Assembly (NCBI GenBank): GCA_902509695.1
Contig: CABWYP010000001.1
Location: forward strand, 31,932 to 95,931
DNA from: an uncultured Alphaproteobacteria bacterium
GTDB taxonomy: Bacteria; Pseudomonadota; Alphaproteobacteria; HIMB59
Length of the DNA: 64,000 bases
Direction of reading: 5' to 3'
Shown: one piece after another, positions 39,571-50,470 of the stretch
How positions within the stretch are numbered: position 1 is the stretch's first letter
Layout: each line of letters opens with the position of its first letter
Translations under genes and position numbers: made by a program
The notes under the pieces: model-generated
Told to the model about the DNA's origin: nothing
Database searches by the model: none
The model's input: the letters and a program-made list of their open reading frames with translations, nothing else

Positions 39571-40320
39571 ATGAAAGTTTTAGTTGCTGTCAAAAGAGTC
39601 GTTGATTACAAGGTCCAAATTAGAGTTAAAAGTGACAACTCAGGAGTAGAGACACAAAATGTAAAAATGTCTGTCAATCCTCCCGATGAAAATGCTATAG
39701 AAGAAGCTGTTAAATTAAAAGAGCAAGGTATTGCTACCGAAACTATAGCTATATCCATAGGTGATGACAAATGCCAAGACGTCTTACGAACATCCATGGC
39801 AATGGGAATTGATAGATCTATTTTAGTAAAATCACCAAACACCCTAGAACCTTTAGCTGTTGCTAAAACTTTAAAAAAAATTATTGAGAAAGAAAAACCA
39901 GATTTAGTTTTAATGGGTAAGCAGGCTATAGACGATGACTCAAATCAGACAGGTCAAATTTTATCAGCTCTGATAAATTGGCCCCAAGGATGTTTTGTTT
40001 CTGATTTAAAAATAGAAGGACAAAAGGTTTTAATCTCTAGAGAGATAGATGAGGGTATTGAAAATTTAGAAACAGCCTTACCTGCTGTTCTGACTTGCGA
40101 TCTAAGATTAAACACTCCAAGATTTGCATCTTTACCAAATATAATGAAAGCAAAAAAGAAACCTTTAGAGAGCATTGAAATAGACTCATTAGATGTAGAT
40201 ACAGAAGCTAAAATTAAAGTTCTAAAGGTAGTTGAACCTCCAAAACGCAAAGCAGGTATTATGGTGAAAGATGTTAAAGAGTTAGTTCAAAAATTAAAAA
40301 ATGAGGCAAAAGTAATTTAG
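39571..40320 (+). CDS. etfB: Electron transfer flavoprotein beta
   Basis: MKVLVAVKRVVD, GKQAIDDD.NQTGQ, DLRLN.PR.ASLPNIMKAKKKP. Confidence 0.95.
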   Translation: MKVLVAVKRVVDYKVQIRVKSDNSGVETQNVKMSVNPPDENAIEEAVKLKEQGIATETIAISIGDDKCQDVLRTSMAMGIDRSILVKSPNTLEPLAVAKTLKKIIEKEKPDLVLMGKQAIDDDSNQTGQILSALINWPQGCFVSDLKIEGQKVLISREIDEGIENLETALPAVLTCDLRLNTPRFASLPNIMKAKKKPLESIEIDSLDVDTEAKIKVLKVVEPPKRKAGIMVKDVKELVQKLKNEAKVI

Positions 40321-41274
40321 ATGGCAATTTTAGTAATAGCTGAACATGATAATCAAAATATCAAAACATCAACTTTGAATACCATTTCCGCTGCACAAAA
40401 AATTAGTGATGAAATTCATTTAATTATTTTAGGTAAAGGTATTGAAGCATTAGTTAATAAGGCAAAGTCTATTCACGTTTTATCAAAAGTTTTAAAATGT
40501 GATAATGAAAAATTAGAAAATCTTCTTCCTGAGATTTCTGCTCCAGTTATTGCTAGTGTATCATCAAACTATTCACATATTTTAGCACCAGCCTCAACAT
40601 TTGGTAAAAATCTTCTTCCAAGAATATCGGCTATATTAGACATAACACAAGTAAGCGATGTAATTGAAATTGAAAATGAAAATACTTTTATTAGACCTAT
40701 TTATGCAGGTAATGCTATTTCACATGTTCAAACTAATCAAAAAATAAATTTATTAACTATAAGGCCTACTTCGTTTGAAAAATGTGAAGACTCAGGTGGA
40801 GATGCTAGCATTGAAGATGTAACCTACGTTGAGACTGAATCTCAAACAATATTTATTAATAGAGAAGTTTCTAAGAGTGATAGACCTGAGTTAGGGAATG
40901 CTAGGGTTGTCGTTTCTGGTGGTAGAGGATTAGAAAATTCAGATAATTTTAAGCTTCTATATGACCTTGCAGATAAGCTAAATGCTGCAGTTGGTGCCTC
41001 TCGTGCAGCTGTAGACTCTGGTTATATTGGAAATGAATGTCAGGTGGGACAAACTGGAAAGATGGTAGCTCCTGATCTTTATATAGCTGTTGGAATTTCA
41101 GGAGCAATTCAACATTTAGCCGGAATGAAAGAAAGTAAGGTAATTGTTGCTATAAATAAGGATTTAGAAGCACCAATATTTAATATTGCAGATTACGGAC
41201 TTTCATCAGACTTATTTCAAGCAATTCCAGAAATTATCAAAGAACTAGATCTACTTAATCAGATAGAATCGTAA
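40321..41274 (+). CDS. etfA: Electron transfer flavoprotein alpha
   Basis: [37 protein letters not shown]. Confidence 0.95.
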   Translation: MAILVIAEHDNQNIKTSTLNTISAAQKISDEIHLIILGKGIEALVNKAKSIHVLSKVLKCDNEKLENLLPEISAPVIASVSSNYSHILAPASTFGKNLLPRISAILDITQVSDVIEIENENTFIRPIYAGNAISHVQTNQKINLLTIRPTSFEKCEDSGGDASIEDVTYVETESQTIFINREVSKSDRPELGNARVVVSGGRGLENSDNFKLLYDLADKLNAAVGASRAAVDSGYIGNECQVGQTGKMVAPDLYIAVGISGAIQHLAGMKESKVIVAINKDLEAPIFNIADYGLSSDLFQAIPEIIKELDLLNQIES

Positions 41275-41306
41275 TATTTAATATATTATCCTTTATTAAT
41301 TAAATA

Positions 41307-42944
41307 ATGACTGAAATTCAAAGAGAAGAAATGTTATATGATGTTGTGATCGTGGGAGCAGGCCCTGCTGGTCTATCAACAGCAATCAAACTCAAACAAC
41401 TTAATGAAGAGTTGTCTATTTGCATCCTTGAAAAAGCTTCTGAGGTTGGTGCCCACATATTAAGTGGAAATGTATTTGAAACTAAAGCTTTTGACGAACT
41501 CATTCCCAATTGGAAAGAGCTAGACGCCCCTGTAAACACAAAAGTGAAATCAGAGGATTTTAGCTTTTTAACAAAAAACAAGATTTTTAAAATTCCAAAT
41601 TTTCTTTTACCAAAAACACTCCAAAATCATGGAAATTATATTATTAGTCTCTCCAATCTTTGTAAATGGTTGGGGGAGTATGCAGAAAATCTTGGGGTAG
41701 AGATTTTTCCTGGTTTTGCAGCCAGTAAATTAATTTATGATGAAAGTGATGTAGTAATAGGTGTTCAAACTGGCGATATGGGTCTGGACAGTAATAACAA
41801 TCCAAAAGATAATTTTGAACCAGGTATAAACATTAAAGGTAAGGTCACTGTTTTATCTGAAGGTTGTAGAGGCCATTTGGGTAAAGAGGTAATTAAAAAA
41901 TTTAAACTAGATAGCAAAAATAAATCACCACAACAATATGGTATTGGTTTTAAAGAAATATGGGAGATAGACTCTAATAAACACAATTTAGGTAAAGTGT
42001 CTCATAGTGTGGGTTGGCCATTACAAAGCGATACTTATGGGGGAAGCTTTTGCTATCATGCAGAAAATAACCAAATTTATTTAGGTTACGTTATAGGTCT
42101 TGATTATAAAAATCCTTATTTATCTCCTTACGATGAATTTCAACAATTTAAAACACACCCTGAAATTAAAAATTTACTTATAGGTGGAAAGAGAATTTCT
42201 TATGGTGCAAGAGCCTTGATAGAAGGAGGACTTCAGAGTCTTCCCCAAATGCATATGCCAGGTGCTTTGTTAATTGGATGCGACGCTGGTACTTTAAATA
42301 TGCCAAAAATTAAAGGCTCTCACACAGCTATGAAAAGTGGCATTATTGCTGCCGAAGTAATTAATAACCACATAAGAAATAATGTAGAGCTATCCTCATA
42401 CGAGGCTGAATTTCAAAATTCATGGATATATGAAGAACTAAACCAAGCTAGAAATGTAAAACCTAGTTTTAAATGGGGTCTCATCCCAGCCATGATTTTT
42501 ACTGGAATAGATCAAAAACTTTTTGGAGGAAGGTTGCCTTTTACACTCCAGCATAAACACGCAGATCATGAAAGTTTAATTCCAGCAAAAGACTCAAAAA
42601 AAATTGATTACCCAAAATATGATAATGAATTTACATTTGATAAGCCTAGTTCTGTCTATCTCTCTGGTACTAATCATGCTGATAATCAACCATGTCATTT
42701 GGTTCTAAATGATAAAAATTTATCAATTAATTACACTATTGAAAAATATGATGAGCCTGCTCAAAGATATTGTCCTGCAGGTGTATATGAAGTTGAATTT
42801 GATAATGAAACTAAAAAAAACTTTTTAAAAATTAATTCTCAAAATTGTATTCACTGTAAAACTTGTGATATCAAGGAACCTTCACAAAATATTGAATGGC
42901 TCACACCTGAAGGTGGAGGCGGCCCTATTTATTCAGGCACTTAA
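41307..42944 (+). CDS. ETF-ubiquinone oxidoreductase
   Basis: VGAGPAGL, GAHILSG, KIKGSH.AMKSG, 4Fe-4S motif CPAGVYE...NCIHCKTCDIK. Confidence 0.95.
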   Translation: MTEIQREEMLYDVVIVGAGPAGLSTAIKLKQLNEELSICILEKASEVGAHILSGNVFETKAFDELIPNWKELDAPVNTKVKSEDFSFLTKNKIFKIPNFLLPKTLQNHGNYIISLSNLCKWLGEYAENLGVEIFPGFAASKLIYDESDVVIGVQTGDMGLDSNNNPKDNFEPGINIKGKVTVLSEGCRGHLGKEVIKKFKLDSKNKSPQQYGIGFKEIWEIDSNKHNLGKVSHSVGWPLQSDTYGGSFCYHAENNQIYLGYVIGLDYKNPYLSPYDEFQQFKTHPEIKNLLIGGKRISYGARALIEGGLQSLPQMHMPGALLIGCDAGTLNMPKIKGSHTAMKSGIIAAEVINNHIRNNVELSSYEAEFQNSWIYEELNQARNVKPSFKWGLIPAMIFTGIDQKLFGGRLPFTLQHKHADHESLIPAKDSKKIDYPKYDNEFTFDKPSSVYLSGTNHADNQPCHLVLNDKNLSINYTIEKYDEPAQRYCPAGVYEVEFDNETKKNFLKINSQNCIHCKTCDIKEPSQNIEWLTPEGGGGPIYSGT

Positions 42945-43432
42945 TTAAAGTCATACTCAAAATTTTGAGAGGTGGCATTTATATTAATTAATTTAGCACC
43001 ATGTTTTATATGAAAATGAGTTGCGATAGGAGTTAATGGAGACAGGGTAATGAATCTTTTTACAAGGGTCATTTCATCCTTAACAAATTTTTTAGCATTG
43101 AAGATAGTCTCTTTGCCAGCACCTCTTTTTCTTGACCAAACAGTATAAGCAACTGCTATATCTCCATTTTTTTCATGGAAAGCATTTCTACTCATTAAAT
43201 CTAGTTCCTTCATTGTTTGAGGAACTTCATTACAAAATGCAATACAAATAAAACCTTCCACGTTATCGTTAGATTTAAGACCATAAACTTTCCTTCCATA
43301 TGAGGTTCTAAATTCATTATCTATCTCAGGTCTGATTGGGTCTTCGGATATATCAACAGACTCCAGTTCAACTAATTCAGTTTTAGAAAGCCAACTAAAA
43401 AAGTTACTTATAGAATTTTGAAATTTTTTCAA
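42941..43432 (-). CDS. Hypothetical GNAT-fold protein resembling a minimal malonyl-CoA decarboxylase catalytic domain
   Basis: AVAYTVWS...GAG, FITLSP, ATHFHIKHGA.L..IN; TTG start 1 nt after the acyl-CoA dehydrogenase stop. Confidence 0.6.
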   Translation of the reverse strand: MKKFQNSISNFFSWLSKTELVELESVDISEDPIRPEIDNEFRTSYGRKVYGLKSNDNVEGFICIAFCNEVPQTMKELDLMSRNAFHEKNGDIAVAYTVWSRKRGAGKETIFNAKKFVKDEMTLVKRFITLSPLTPIATHFHIKHGAKLININATSQNFEYDFN

Positions 43433-43433
43433 A

Positions 43434-45203
43434 CTATAGCCAGGTGTGTTTCATTGAAAGAATATCCTCATCACCATTAATGATAATTGAAGATAGACTC
43501 TCTATTTTAGGCAAAATACTAGAAAGATAGATATTAGAGGTAGCAATTTTTGCATTAAGGAAGTCATCATCCATTCCACCTAGTTTTTTTAGTTCTAATG
43601 ATTTTGAGGCAGTTTTAATCATCATCCATCCCCCAAAAATATATCCCAACAGCATTAAATAATTTACTCCAGAGACAGCAGGTCTTTTTTTATTATTAGA
43701 AACACCAACAATATGGTTTACAACGTTTTTAGCTGTATTGATTGATGTACTCATTCTTTCAAATAACCCTCTCATATTTTCATTTTCAATTTCAAAAGAT
43801 TTTTCGACATCTACCTTGATTTCGTCAATTAATTCTAAAATACTTTTGCCATTATCTCTGAGTGTCTTTCTAAAAACTAAATCATTGGCTTGAATGGCAG
43901 TTGTTCCCTCATAAATAGGTAAAATTCGTGCGTCTCTGTAATGTTGGGCAATACCAGTTTCTTCGATAAATCCCATTCCACCATGAATTTGTATAGCATT
44001 AGATGTGATTTCTAATGATCTTTCCGTTAACCATCCTTTAATAATAGGTATCATCAGTGATGATTTTCTATCCCAATATTCACTTTTATCAGATTTGGTC
44101 ATATCTAAAGCAAAGCCACCGTAAATAGCAAGAGCTCTCATGGCTTCTATCTCAGATTTCATAGTTGCGGCTAGCCTTAGTACATCTGGATGATGAATTA
44201 TAGGATCGCCTTTTTGACCATCTATAGGAACACCTTGAACTCTATCCTTAGCATACATCTTTGATTGTTGATAAGCTCTTTCAGAAACTGCCAGTCCTTG
44301 AACCCCAACAGAAAACCTTGCATGATTCATCATTTCAAACATGATATTAAGTCCTTGATTTTCTTCTCCTACTAAATACCCAATAGCACCATCTTTTTCT
44401 CCAAATTGTAAGACTGCTGTAGGAGAACCTTTAACTCCAAGTTTTTTTTCAATTGATAGACATGTGACGTCATTTCTCTCGCCAATACTACCATCGCTAT
44501 TTGGAATAAATTTAGGAACTAAAAAAACAGAGATACCTTTATTTCCTTCTGGGGCATCTGGTGTTCTAGCTAAAACTAAATGGATAATATTTTCTGAGAG
44601 ATCATGTTCGCCATATGTAATATAAATTTTTTGTCCAGATATTTTATAGTGACCATTTTCTTTTATAGCCTTGGTTTTGATAGAAGATAAATCAGTGCCT
44701 GCTTGAGGTTCGGTTAAATTCATTGTTCCGGTCCAATGACCTGACGCTAATTTAGGAATATAAAAATCTTTTTGTTCATCAGAGGCTGATTTTTGAAGAG
44801 CGTATATTAAACCCTGAGTTAGCAAATGACATAAGGCGAGGGACATATTGGAGCTATGCCATATTTCATTGACTGCAGCTGAAAGGGTAACTGGAATTTG
44901 TTGACCTCCAAATCTTTCTTTGGCTTCTAAACCAAACCATCCCCCATCTCTTAAACTTGCATAGGCTTCTTTGTATCCTTTTGGAGTAACAACTGTACCA
45001 TCATCAAGCCTCTTTGAGCCTTCATGATCTCCAGGTAAATTGCATGGATCTAATACATCTGAAGCTATTTTACCTGCCTCTTCTAAAACTGCATCAACTA
45101 AGTCATCTGAAAATTCTTGATAGTCTTTTATTTGACTGAGTTCTTCAAGGTTAACGAGATTTTTAATGACAAAGTTAAGATCTTTTACTGGAGCTTCGTA
45201 CAT
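43434..45203 (-). CDS. Acyl-CoA dehydrogenase (DmdC-like long clade)
   Basis: Y.AP..D, GTMNLTEPQAGTDL, GQKIYITYGEHD, MMNHAR, IPIIKG, ARILPIYEGT..IQANDL. Confidence 0.88.
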   Translation of the reverse strand: MYEAPVKDLNFVIKNLVNLEELSQIKDYQEFSDDLVDAVLEEAGKIASDVLDPCNLPGDHEGSKRLDDGTVVTPKGYKEAYASLRDGGWFGLEAKERFGGQQIPVTLSAAVNEIWHSSNMSLALCHLLTQGLIYALQKSASDEQKDFYIPKLASGHWTGTMNLTEPQAGTDLSSIKTKAIKENGHYKISGQKIYITYGEHDLSENIIHLVLARTPDAPEGNKGISVFLVPKFIPNSDGSIGERNDVTCLSIEKKLGVKGSPTAVLQFGEKDGAIGYLVGEENQGLNIMFEMMNHARFSVGVQGLAVSERAYQQSKMYAKDRVQGVPIDGQKGDPIIHHPDVLRLAATMKSEIEAMRALAIYGGFALDMTKSDKSEYWDRKSSLMIPIIKGWLTERSLEITSNAIQIHGGMGFIEETGIAQHYRDARILPIYEGTTAIQANDLVFRKTLRDNGKSILELIDEIKVDVEKSFEIENENMRGLFERMSTSINTAKNVVNHIVGVSNNKKRPAVSGVNYLMLLGYIFGGWMMIKTASKSLELKKLGGMDDDFLNAKIATSNIYLSSILPKIESLSSIIINGDEDILSMKHTWL

Positions 45204-45208
45204 TTTTT

Positions 45209-46288
45209 TTAAATATATACTTTTTTAGAATTCTTTCCTAAAGAAATTAAAATTTCGTGTTCATTTGTACCAGTCTCATATGCAATTTCTTCATATGACT
45301 GATTACTGCCAAGTATCTCAACAGGCTTTCCGATAAATAATTTTTTTTTATCTATGCTTGTAACATCAATTGTAATTAGGTCCATTGAAACACGTCCAAC
45401 TATTGGACAGGGAATATTATCAATGAAAACTTTACCTCTATTACTTCCTCCCCTTAAATAACCATCAGAATATCCGAAGTCAATTGTGGCTATTACCATC
45501 TTTTTTTTTGTTACATAGGTCTTGCTATAGCCAATCGATTGTCCTTTTGTAATATTTGATATTTGTAATATTGGTGCAAAGATACTCATCACAGGTTTAA
45601 GACCAAAAGATTTTTTAAAAAATGGATTTATTCCATACAAGCTTTTACCTGGCCTTACAAAATCTAAATGAAAAGATTTTCCAATAAAAACTCCACCTGA
45701 GTTAGCAATACTTAGAGGTTTTTTAAATATCTTATTAATTTTTTTAATTTGATCTAATTGGTATTTAGATTGTTTTAAATCCTTATCATCTGATGAAGTT
45801 AAATGACTCATTAAAAATATTACATTTTTTATTTGAATTTGGTTTTCGAACTCATCAATTTTATCTAAATTAAAACCCAATCTATTCATCCCTGTATCAA
45901 AATGGAGAATATATTTAATTGTTCTTGGAAAATTATTTATGATGTTTAATTGATCTGAGTTATTAATAATTGGAATTAATTTGTTGCTTATTATTTGTTT
46001 GCAACACTTTGAAGTTATAACACCAGACAAAAGATAAATTCTAGCTTCTCTAATTTGTCTTCTTATCAACAGGGCATCTTCAAGACGAGCTACGTAAAAA
46101 TCTTTAGACCCATTTTGGTGTAACGTATTAACACACTCCTTAAGACCATGACCATACGCATCACCTTTTACAACTGATAAAATTTGAGATTTCCCAACTC
46201 TTTTTTTAATCAAATTATGGTTAAAAACTAGGTTAGACCTGTTAATAAAAGTTAATTTTTTAGAAATTAAGCTATCTGTTTTTATCAT
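45209..46288 (-). CDS. alr: Alanine racemase
   Basis: VVKGDAYGHG (PLP Lys), DTGMNRLG, SH, ANSGG, VRPG..LYG, GYSDG, GRVSMD. Confidence 0.92.
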   Translation of the reverse strand: MIKTDSLISKKLTFINRSNLVFNHNLIKKRVGKSQILSVVKGDAYGHGLKECVNTLHQNGSKDFYVARLEDALLIRRQIREARIYLLSGVITSKCCKQIISNKLIPIINNSDQLNIINNFPRTIKYILHFDTGMNRLGFNLDKIDEFENQIQIKNVIFLMSHLTSSDDKDLKQSKYQLDQIKKINKIFKKPLSIANSGGVFIGKSFHLDFVRPGKSLYGINPFFKKSFGLKPVMSIFAPILQISNITKGQSIGYSKTYVTKKKMVIATIDFGYSDGYLRGGSNRGKVFIDNIPCPIVGRVSMDLITIDVTSIDKKKLFIGKPVEILGSNQSYEEIAYETGTNEHEILISLGKNSKKVYI

Positions 46289-46381
46289 TTTTTGTTCCAG
46301 AATATGAAAAATTTAGCTTCAAGGTCATGACTATATATCATAGTATATCTACTACTATTATAATAGAAAACGGAGGAATAA

Positions 46382-47323
46382 ATGAAGAAACTATTTTCAT
46401 TATTTTATGCACTAGTTTTATTTGCAGGCTTTACAACTGTCGCTAAAGCAGCAGATCCAATTAGAATCCCAGTTTTAAACTGGTCAAGCCAAATTGTGAT
46501 GGCAAATGTTATGGCACAAGCTTTTGAAGAGCTAGGCTATGATGCAGAATTAGTTCCTGCTGAGTCAGCAACAAGATATGAAGCTGTTCGTGTAGGTGAA
46601 TTACACGTTGCTCATGAAACTTGGGAGTCCACAATGGCTCTTCCTTTTTATGCAGCTATGGACAAAGGTGGATTAATTGATGCTGGAAGTCACGATCTTG
46701 TAACTTTTGAAGAAATGGGTGTTCCAAACTGGGTAATTGATGAAGGACTATGTCCTGGTCTCCCAAGCTGGGAAGCTCTTAAGTCTCCAGAGTGTGCTGC
46801 TAATTTTGCTACACCTGACTCTGACGGTAAAGGTAGATGGTTAGAAGGTCCTTATGAGTGGCACACAGAAGTTATGCCTAACAGACTAAAAGGCTTAGGT
46901 ATCGATGATCTATGGATGGTTAAATTTGCAGGTACTGCAGATGCATTATGGGCTGAATTAGAAGCAGCAAAAAAAGAGGGTAGAGGCACAATTATCTTTA
47001 ACTGGTCTCCAAACTTTACAGATGCAGCTGGATTTACTTTCATTGACTTCCCTCCATATTTTGAGGGTTGCAGAATTGAAAACGGTGGTACTGTAGAGAC
47101 TACTGGTTGTGGTTCTCCAAAAGGATGGCTTAAAAAAGCTGCTCACATTAAGTTCCCAATCACCCATACATCTGCTTATAAGTTCTATACAAAAATGGAA
47201 TTTACAGCACCTAACATTGGTGAGATGGCAAACTATGTTGACAACATGGGCATGACTCATGCTGAAGCTGCAACTGCATATATTGCAAATAATAGAGATC
47301 AAATCGATTTCTTTATGCAGTAA
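46382..47323 (+). CDS. tmoX: TMAO-binding protein
   Basis: PI.IP..NWSSQIVM, HE.WE, CPGLPSWEAL; same transcriptional run as tdm. Confidence 0.82.
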   Translation: MKKLFSLFYALVLFAGFTTVAKAADPIRIPVLNWSSQIVMANVMAQAFEELGYDAELVPAESATRYEAVRVGELHVAHETWESTMALPFYAAMDKGGLIDAGSHDLVTFEEMGVPNWVIDEGLCPGLPSWEALKSPECAANFATPDSDGKGRWLEGPYEWHTEVMPNRLKGLGIDDLWMVKFAGTADALWAELEAAKKEGRGTIIFNWSPNFTDAAGFTFIDFPPYFEGCRIENGGTVETTGCGSPKGWLKKAAHIKFPITHTSAYKFYTKMEFTAPNIGEMANYVDNMGMTHAEAATAYIANNRDQIDFFMQ

Positions 47324-47336
47324 TATCTAAAACTTT

Positions 47337-47365
47337 AGTTCTCCCTCTTTTGAGGGAGAACTTTT
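47337..47365 (+). terminator. Stem-loop after tmoX
   Basis: AGTTCTCCCTC-TTTT-GAGGGAGAACT followed by TTT. Confidence 0.7.
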
Positions 47366-47388
47366 ATATTTTCAAGGAGAAAAAAAAC

Positions 47389-48402
47389 ATGTCGCCCACA
47401 ATTAGTTGTTCGTCTGTCTACAAAATATTTGGAGATAATGCACAAAAACTCCTCTCAGAGAGTGGCGGTAATGTTGATGCAAAAAAATTCCAAGAAGCTG
47501 GATGTATAGTAGGCGTTAATGATGCCTCCTTTGAAGTAAATAATGGTGAGATGCTTGTTGTAATGGGGCTCTCAGGATCTGGAAAGTCAACTCTCTTAAG
47601 ATGTATATCACGATTAACTGATGCTACTGCCGGAAAAATTTTAATAGATGGTGAAGATATTTGCTTGATGAATAATAAACAGTTAATTGAATTAAGAAGA
47701 GAGAAAATGGGTATGGTCTTTCAAAATTTTGCTCTTCTTCCCCATAAAACAGTTTTAGAAAATATTGCTTTCCCCTTACAAGTTAAAGGCGTTACAACTG
47801 ATAATAGTATTCATAAAGCCTTAGAAATGGTTGAGCTAGTTGGCCTAAAGGGAAGAGAAAATTATTTCCCAAGAGAACTATCTGGAGGTCAGCAACAAAG
47901 AGTTGGTATAGCCAGATCTTTGGCAGTTGAGCCAGATATTTGGTTTTTAGATGAACCATTTTCTGCTCTTGATCCTTTGATTAGAAAAGAAATGCAAGAT
48001 GAATTTTTAAGACTTCAATCAGTTTTGAATAAAACAATTATGTTTGTCACTCATGATTTTGACGAAGCTTTAAGACTGGCTGATAGAATTGCAATTATGA
48101 AAGACGGTATTATAGAGCAATTAGATAAACCAGATAACATTGTTTTAAATCCTGCCACAGATTATGTACGAAAATTTACTGAAGACGTTCCAAGAGAAAA
48201 AGTTTTAAAGATTGAATCAATTATGGATTCTGCGGATCCTAATGCCTCAGGGGATATGGTTGTAAATAAAAACGATATAATTGAAACAGTTGCTGAGAAA
48301 ATTCTTAGTAGTAAAGATATCATTAGAGTAACTGATGATAATAATTCAGTAGTTGGGTCTATAAACCCTTCAAAAGTAATTAAAGTTCTATTCGGTGGAT
48401 AA
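47389..48402 (+). CDS. tmoW: ProV-type ABC ATPase
   Basis: GLSGSGKST, MVFQNFALLPH, LSGGQQQRVG, DEPFSALDPLIR; ATG 47389 after SD AAGGAG. Confidence 0.85.
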   Translation: MSPTISCSSVYKIFGDNAQKLLSESGGNVDAKKFQEAGCIVGVNDASFEVNNGEMLVVMGLSGSGKSTLLRCISRLTDATAGKILIDGEDICLMNNKQLIELRREKMGMVFQNFALLPHKTVLENIAFPLQVKGVTTDNSIHKALEMVELVGLKGRENYFPRELSGGQQQRVGIARSLAVEPDIWFLDEPFSALDPLIRKEMQDEFLRLQSVLNKTIMFVTHDFDEALRLADRIAIMKDGIIEQLDKPDNIVLNPATDYVRKFTEDVPREKVLKIESIMDSADPNASGDMVVNKNDIIETVAEKILSSKDIIRVTDDNNSVVGSINPSKVIKVLFGG

Positions 48403-50467
48403 GAACTACATAGAAATCATTCGAAATTCAAAACCAGCTCAGTTTGGTATTCTTTTAATTGTATTTTTATTTCTATATCATTTAATTCCTCATAGTGAGG
48501 GAAATTACTTTTGGAGACTCCCTTCGTTATTAGGTTTTATCCCGATAAAGTTAAATGAAGTTATTTATGCTGCTTTATATGACTGGTTCCCACTCAAAGT
48601 TTGGGATCCAATTTTCGAAATGTATGAAGAAAAAGCGGCCTTCCGAGAATTTACAAAATCCATATCAAAAGGATTACTATTTTTAATTACCTTTGTCAGA
48701 GAACTCTTATTGGGAGGTGATAAAATAATTGATGTTTTTGTCAGTGATGCTTGGCTTAAGGAAAACGATTGGATGTCATGGCCTGCTCTTCCTTGGACTG
48801 CAGGAACAGTTGGAGCATTTTTACTAGGTTTTCAATTAGGTGGTATTCGTTTGGCCTTATTGGGAGGAATAGGTGCCTTATATGTATCTATATTTGGAAA
48901 TTGGGTTCCTTCTATCCAAACTCTTTCTTTTGTTTTAATTACAACACCTATTTGTTTTGTTTTAGGTCTTTCTTTTGGAATATGGGGTTATTTAGACAAA
49001 AAAGTTGAAACTTCTTTACAACCTGTTTTAAACGTCATGCAAACAATGCCCCAGTTTGCATATCTTGTGCCAATTATCGCTTTATTTGGATTGGGGGATC
49101 ACGCTGGTTCTATTGCCACAATAGTCATCGCCACTCCACCTATGATTAGGAATACAATACTTGGGTTGAAGAGAATTTCTCCAGAGGTAGTTGAAGCAGG
49201 GCTTATGAGTGGATGTACTAAATCTCAGCTTATGTTTAAAGTCCTAATTCCTACCGCAAGAAGAGATATTTTAAATGGTGTAAATACCGTCATTATGCAG
49301 TGTCTAGCTATGGTTGTAATAGCATCTTTTGTTGGCGCCAAAGGACTTGGTCTTAATTTAAAAGTTGCCTTAAATAGTTTAAAAATTGGTAAAGCTGCAG
49401 AAGCGGGTTTTTGTATAGTTTTAATTGCCGTTATTCTAGATCGATTTACAAAAGCATGGGCTAACAAACAGGTGGATTATTTTGAAAATTTAACTTTTTT
49501 TGAGAGATATAAGCTTTTAATTATCTTTGGAATTTCAATTTTAATTTTTTCTGTCGTTGCTTTTATAGCAAATGGTTACTTTGATAAAATTAATTACCTA
49601 TATGTTATTCCTATTGAAAAGGGTCTTACTTTTGCCCATTATATTGATGCAGCTGTTGATTGGGTTTGGGATACCTTTTTCTATTCTCTTAACTCTTTTA
49701 ATAAGTTTCTTTTAACTCAAGTTTTAGGTCCCATGAAAAAGGCTTATCTAGGTATGCCAGTAGCTGCCACATTAACTCTTACGATGGGTGTCGCTTATAT
49801 CATTGGTGGCATTAGAACAGGCTTATTAGTTGGCGGCATGATGTTATTTATTGCTATGTCTAAATATTGGGACAGAGCTTTAATTACTATGTACATGGCA
49901 ACATTTGCTGTAATTATGGCTTCTCTAAATGGAATAATAGTTGGATCTATTTTTGCACAAACTCAAAGGGGATCAAAATTTATTCTCTCTGTTTGTGATT
50001 TCTTTGAAACATTCCCATCCTTTGTTTATTTAATCCCTGTTATCTTCTTATTTAATATTACTGATACCTCAGTATTAATAGCAGCTATTGTTTATGCTAC
50101 CGTTCCTGCTACTCGTTATACTGTTTGGGGTCTAAATAGTGTTCCACTTTCTTTACATGAAGCAGGCACCATGTCCGGAGTTTCAAGAATGCAAAGATGG
50201 ACTAACATTGAAATCCCTTTAGCTTTTCCAACAATTATGCTTGGTGTTAATCAAACAGTTGTTTTCACTCTTCAAATGGTAATTTTAGGAGCGCTTATTG
50301 GAACAGAAGATTTAGGCCAACTTATTTTTGGAGCATTATCAAGAGCCCAAGATGGTCCTGGTGTAGCTATAACATTAGGTTTATTTGTTTCTTTAATGGC
50401 TATTTCTGTAGATGTAATTGTGAGGAAGTGGGCCGAGGAAAGAAAAAAAGCATTAGGTTTAGATTAA
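48395..50467 (+). CDS. tmoV: ProW-type fused double permease
   Basis: MQTMPQFAYL.P, EAGLMSG and a second FPSFVYLIP / EAGTMSG half. Confidence 0.85.
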   Translation: MDKNYIEIIRNSKPAQFGILLIVFLFLYHLIPHSEGNYFWRLPSLLGFIPIKLNEVIYAALYDWFPLKVWDPIFEMYEEKAAFREFTKSISKGLLFLITFVRELLLGGDKIIDVFVSDAWLKENDWMSWPALPWTAGTVGAFLLGFQLGGIRLALLGGIGALYVSIFGNWVPSIQTLSFVLITTPICFVLGLSFGIWGYLDKKVETSLQPVLNVMQTMPQFAYLVPIIALFGLGDHAGSIATIVIATPPMIRNTILGLKRISPEVVEAGLMSGCTKSQLMFKVLIPTARRDILNGVNTVIMQCLAMVVIASFVGAKGLGLNLKVALNSLKIGKAAEAGFCIVLIAVILDRFTKAWANKQVDYFENLTFFERYKLLIIFGISILIFSVVAFIANGYFDKINYLYVIPIEKGLTFAHYIDAAVDWVWDTFFYSLNSFNKFLLTQVLGPMKKAYLGMPVAATLTLTMGVAYIIGGIRTGLLVGGMMLFIAMSKYWDRALITMYMATFAVIMASLNGIIVGSIFAQTQRGSKFILSVCDFFETFPSFVYLIPVIFLFNITDTSVLIAAIVYATVPATRYTVWGLNSVPLSLHEAGTMSGVSRMQRWTNIEIPLAFPTIMLGVNQTVVFTLQMVILGALIGTEDLGQLIFGALSRAQDGPGVAITLGLFVSLMAISVDVIVRKWAEERKKALGLD

Positions 50468-50470
50468 TCA

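Noticed and set aside
46294-46310. Fourth IclR-type box GTTCCAGAATATGAAAA as a firm feature
   Set aside because: Two mismatches to a degenerate AT-rich consensus could arise by chance; mentioned only within the operator finding.
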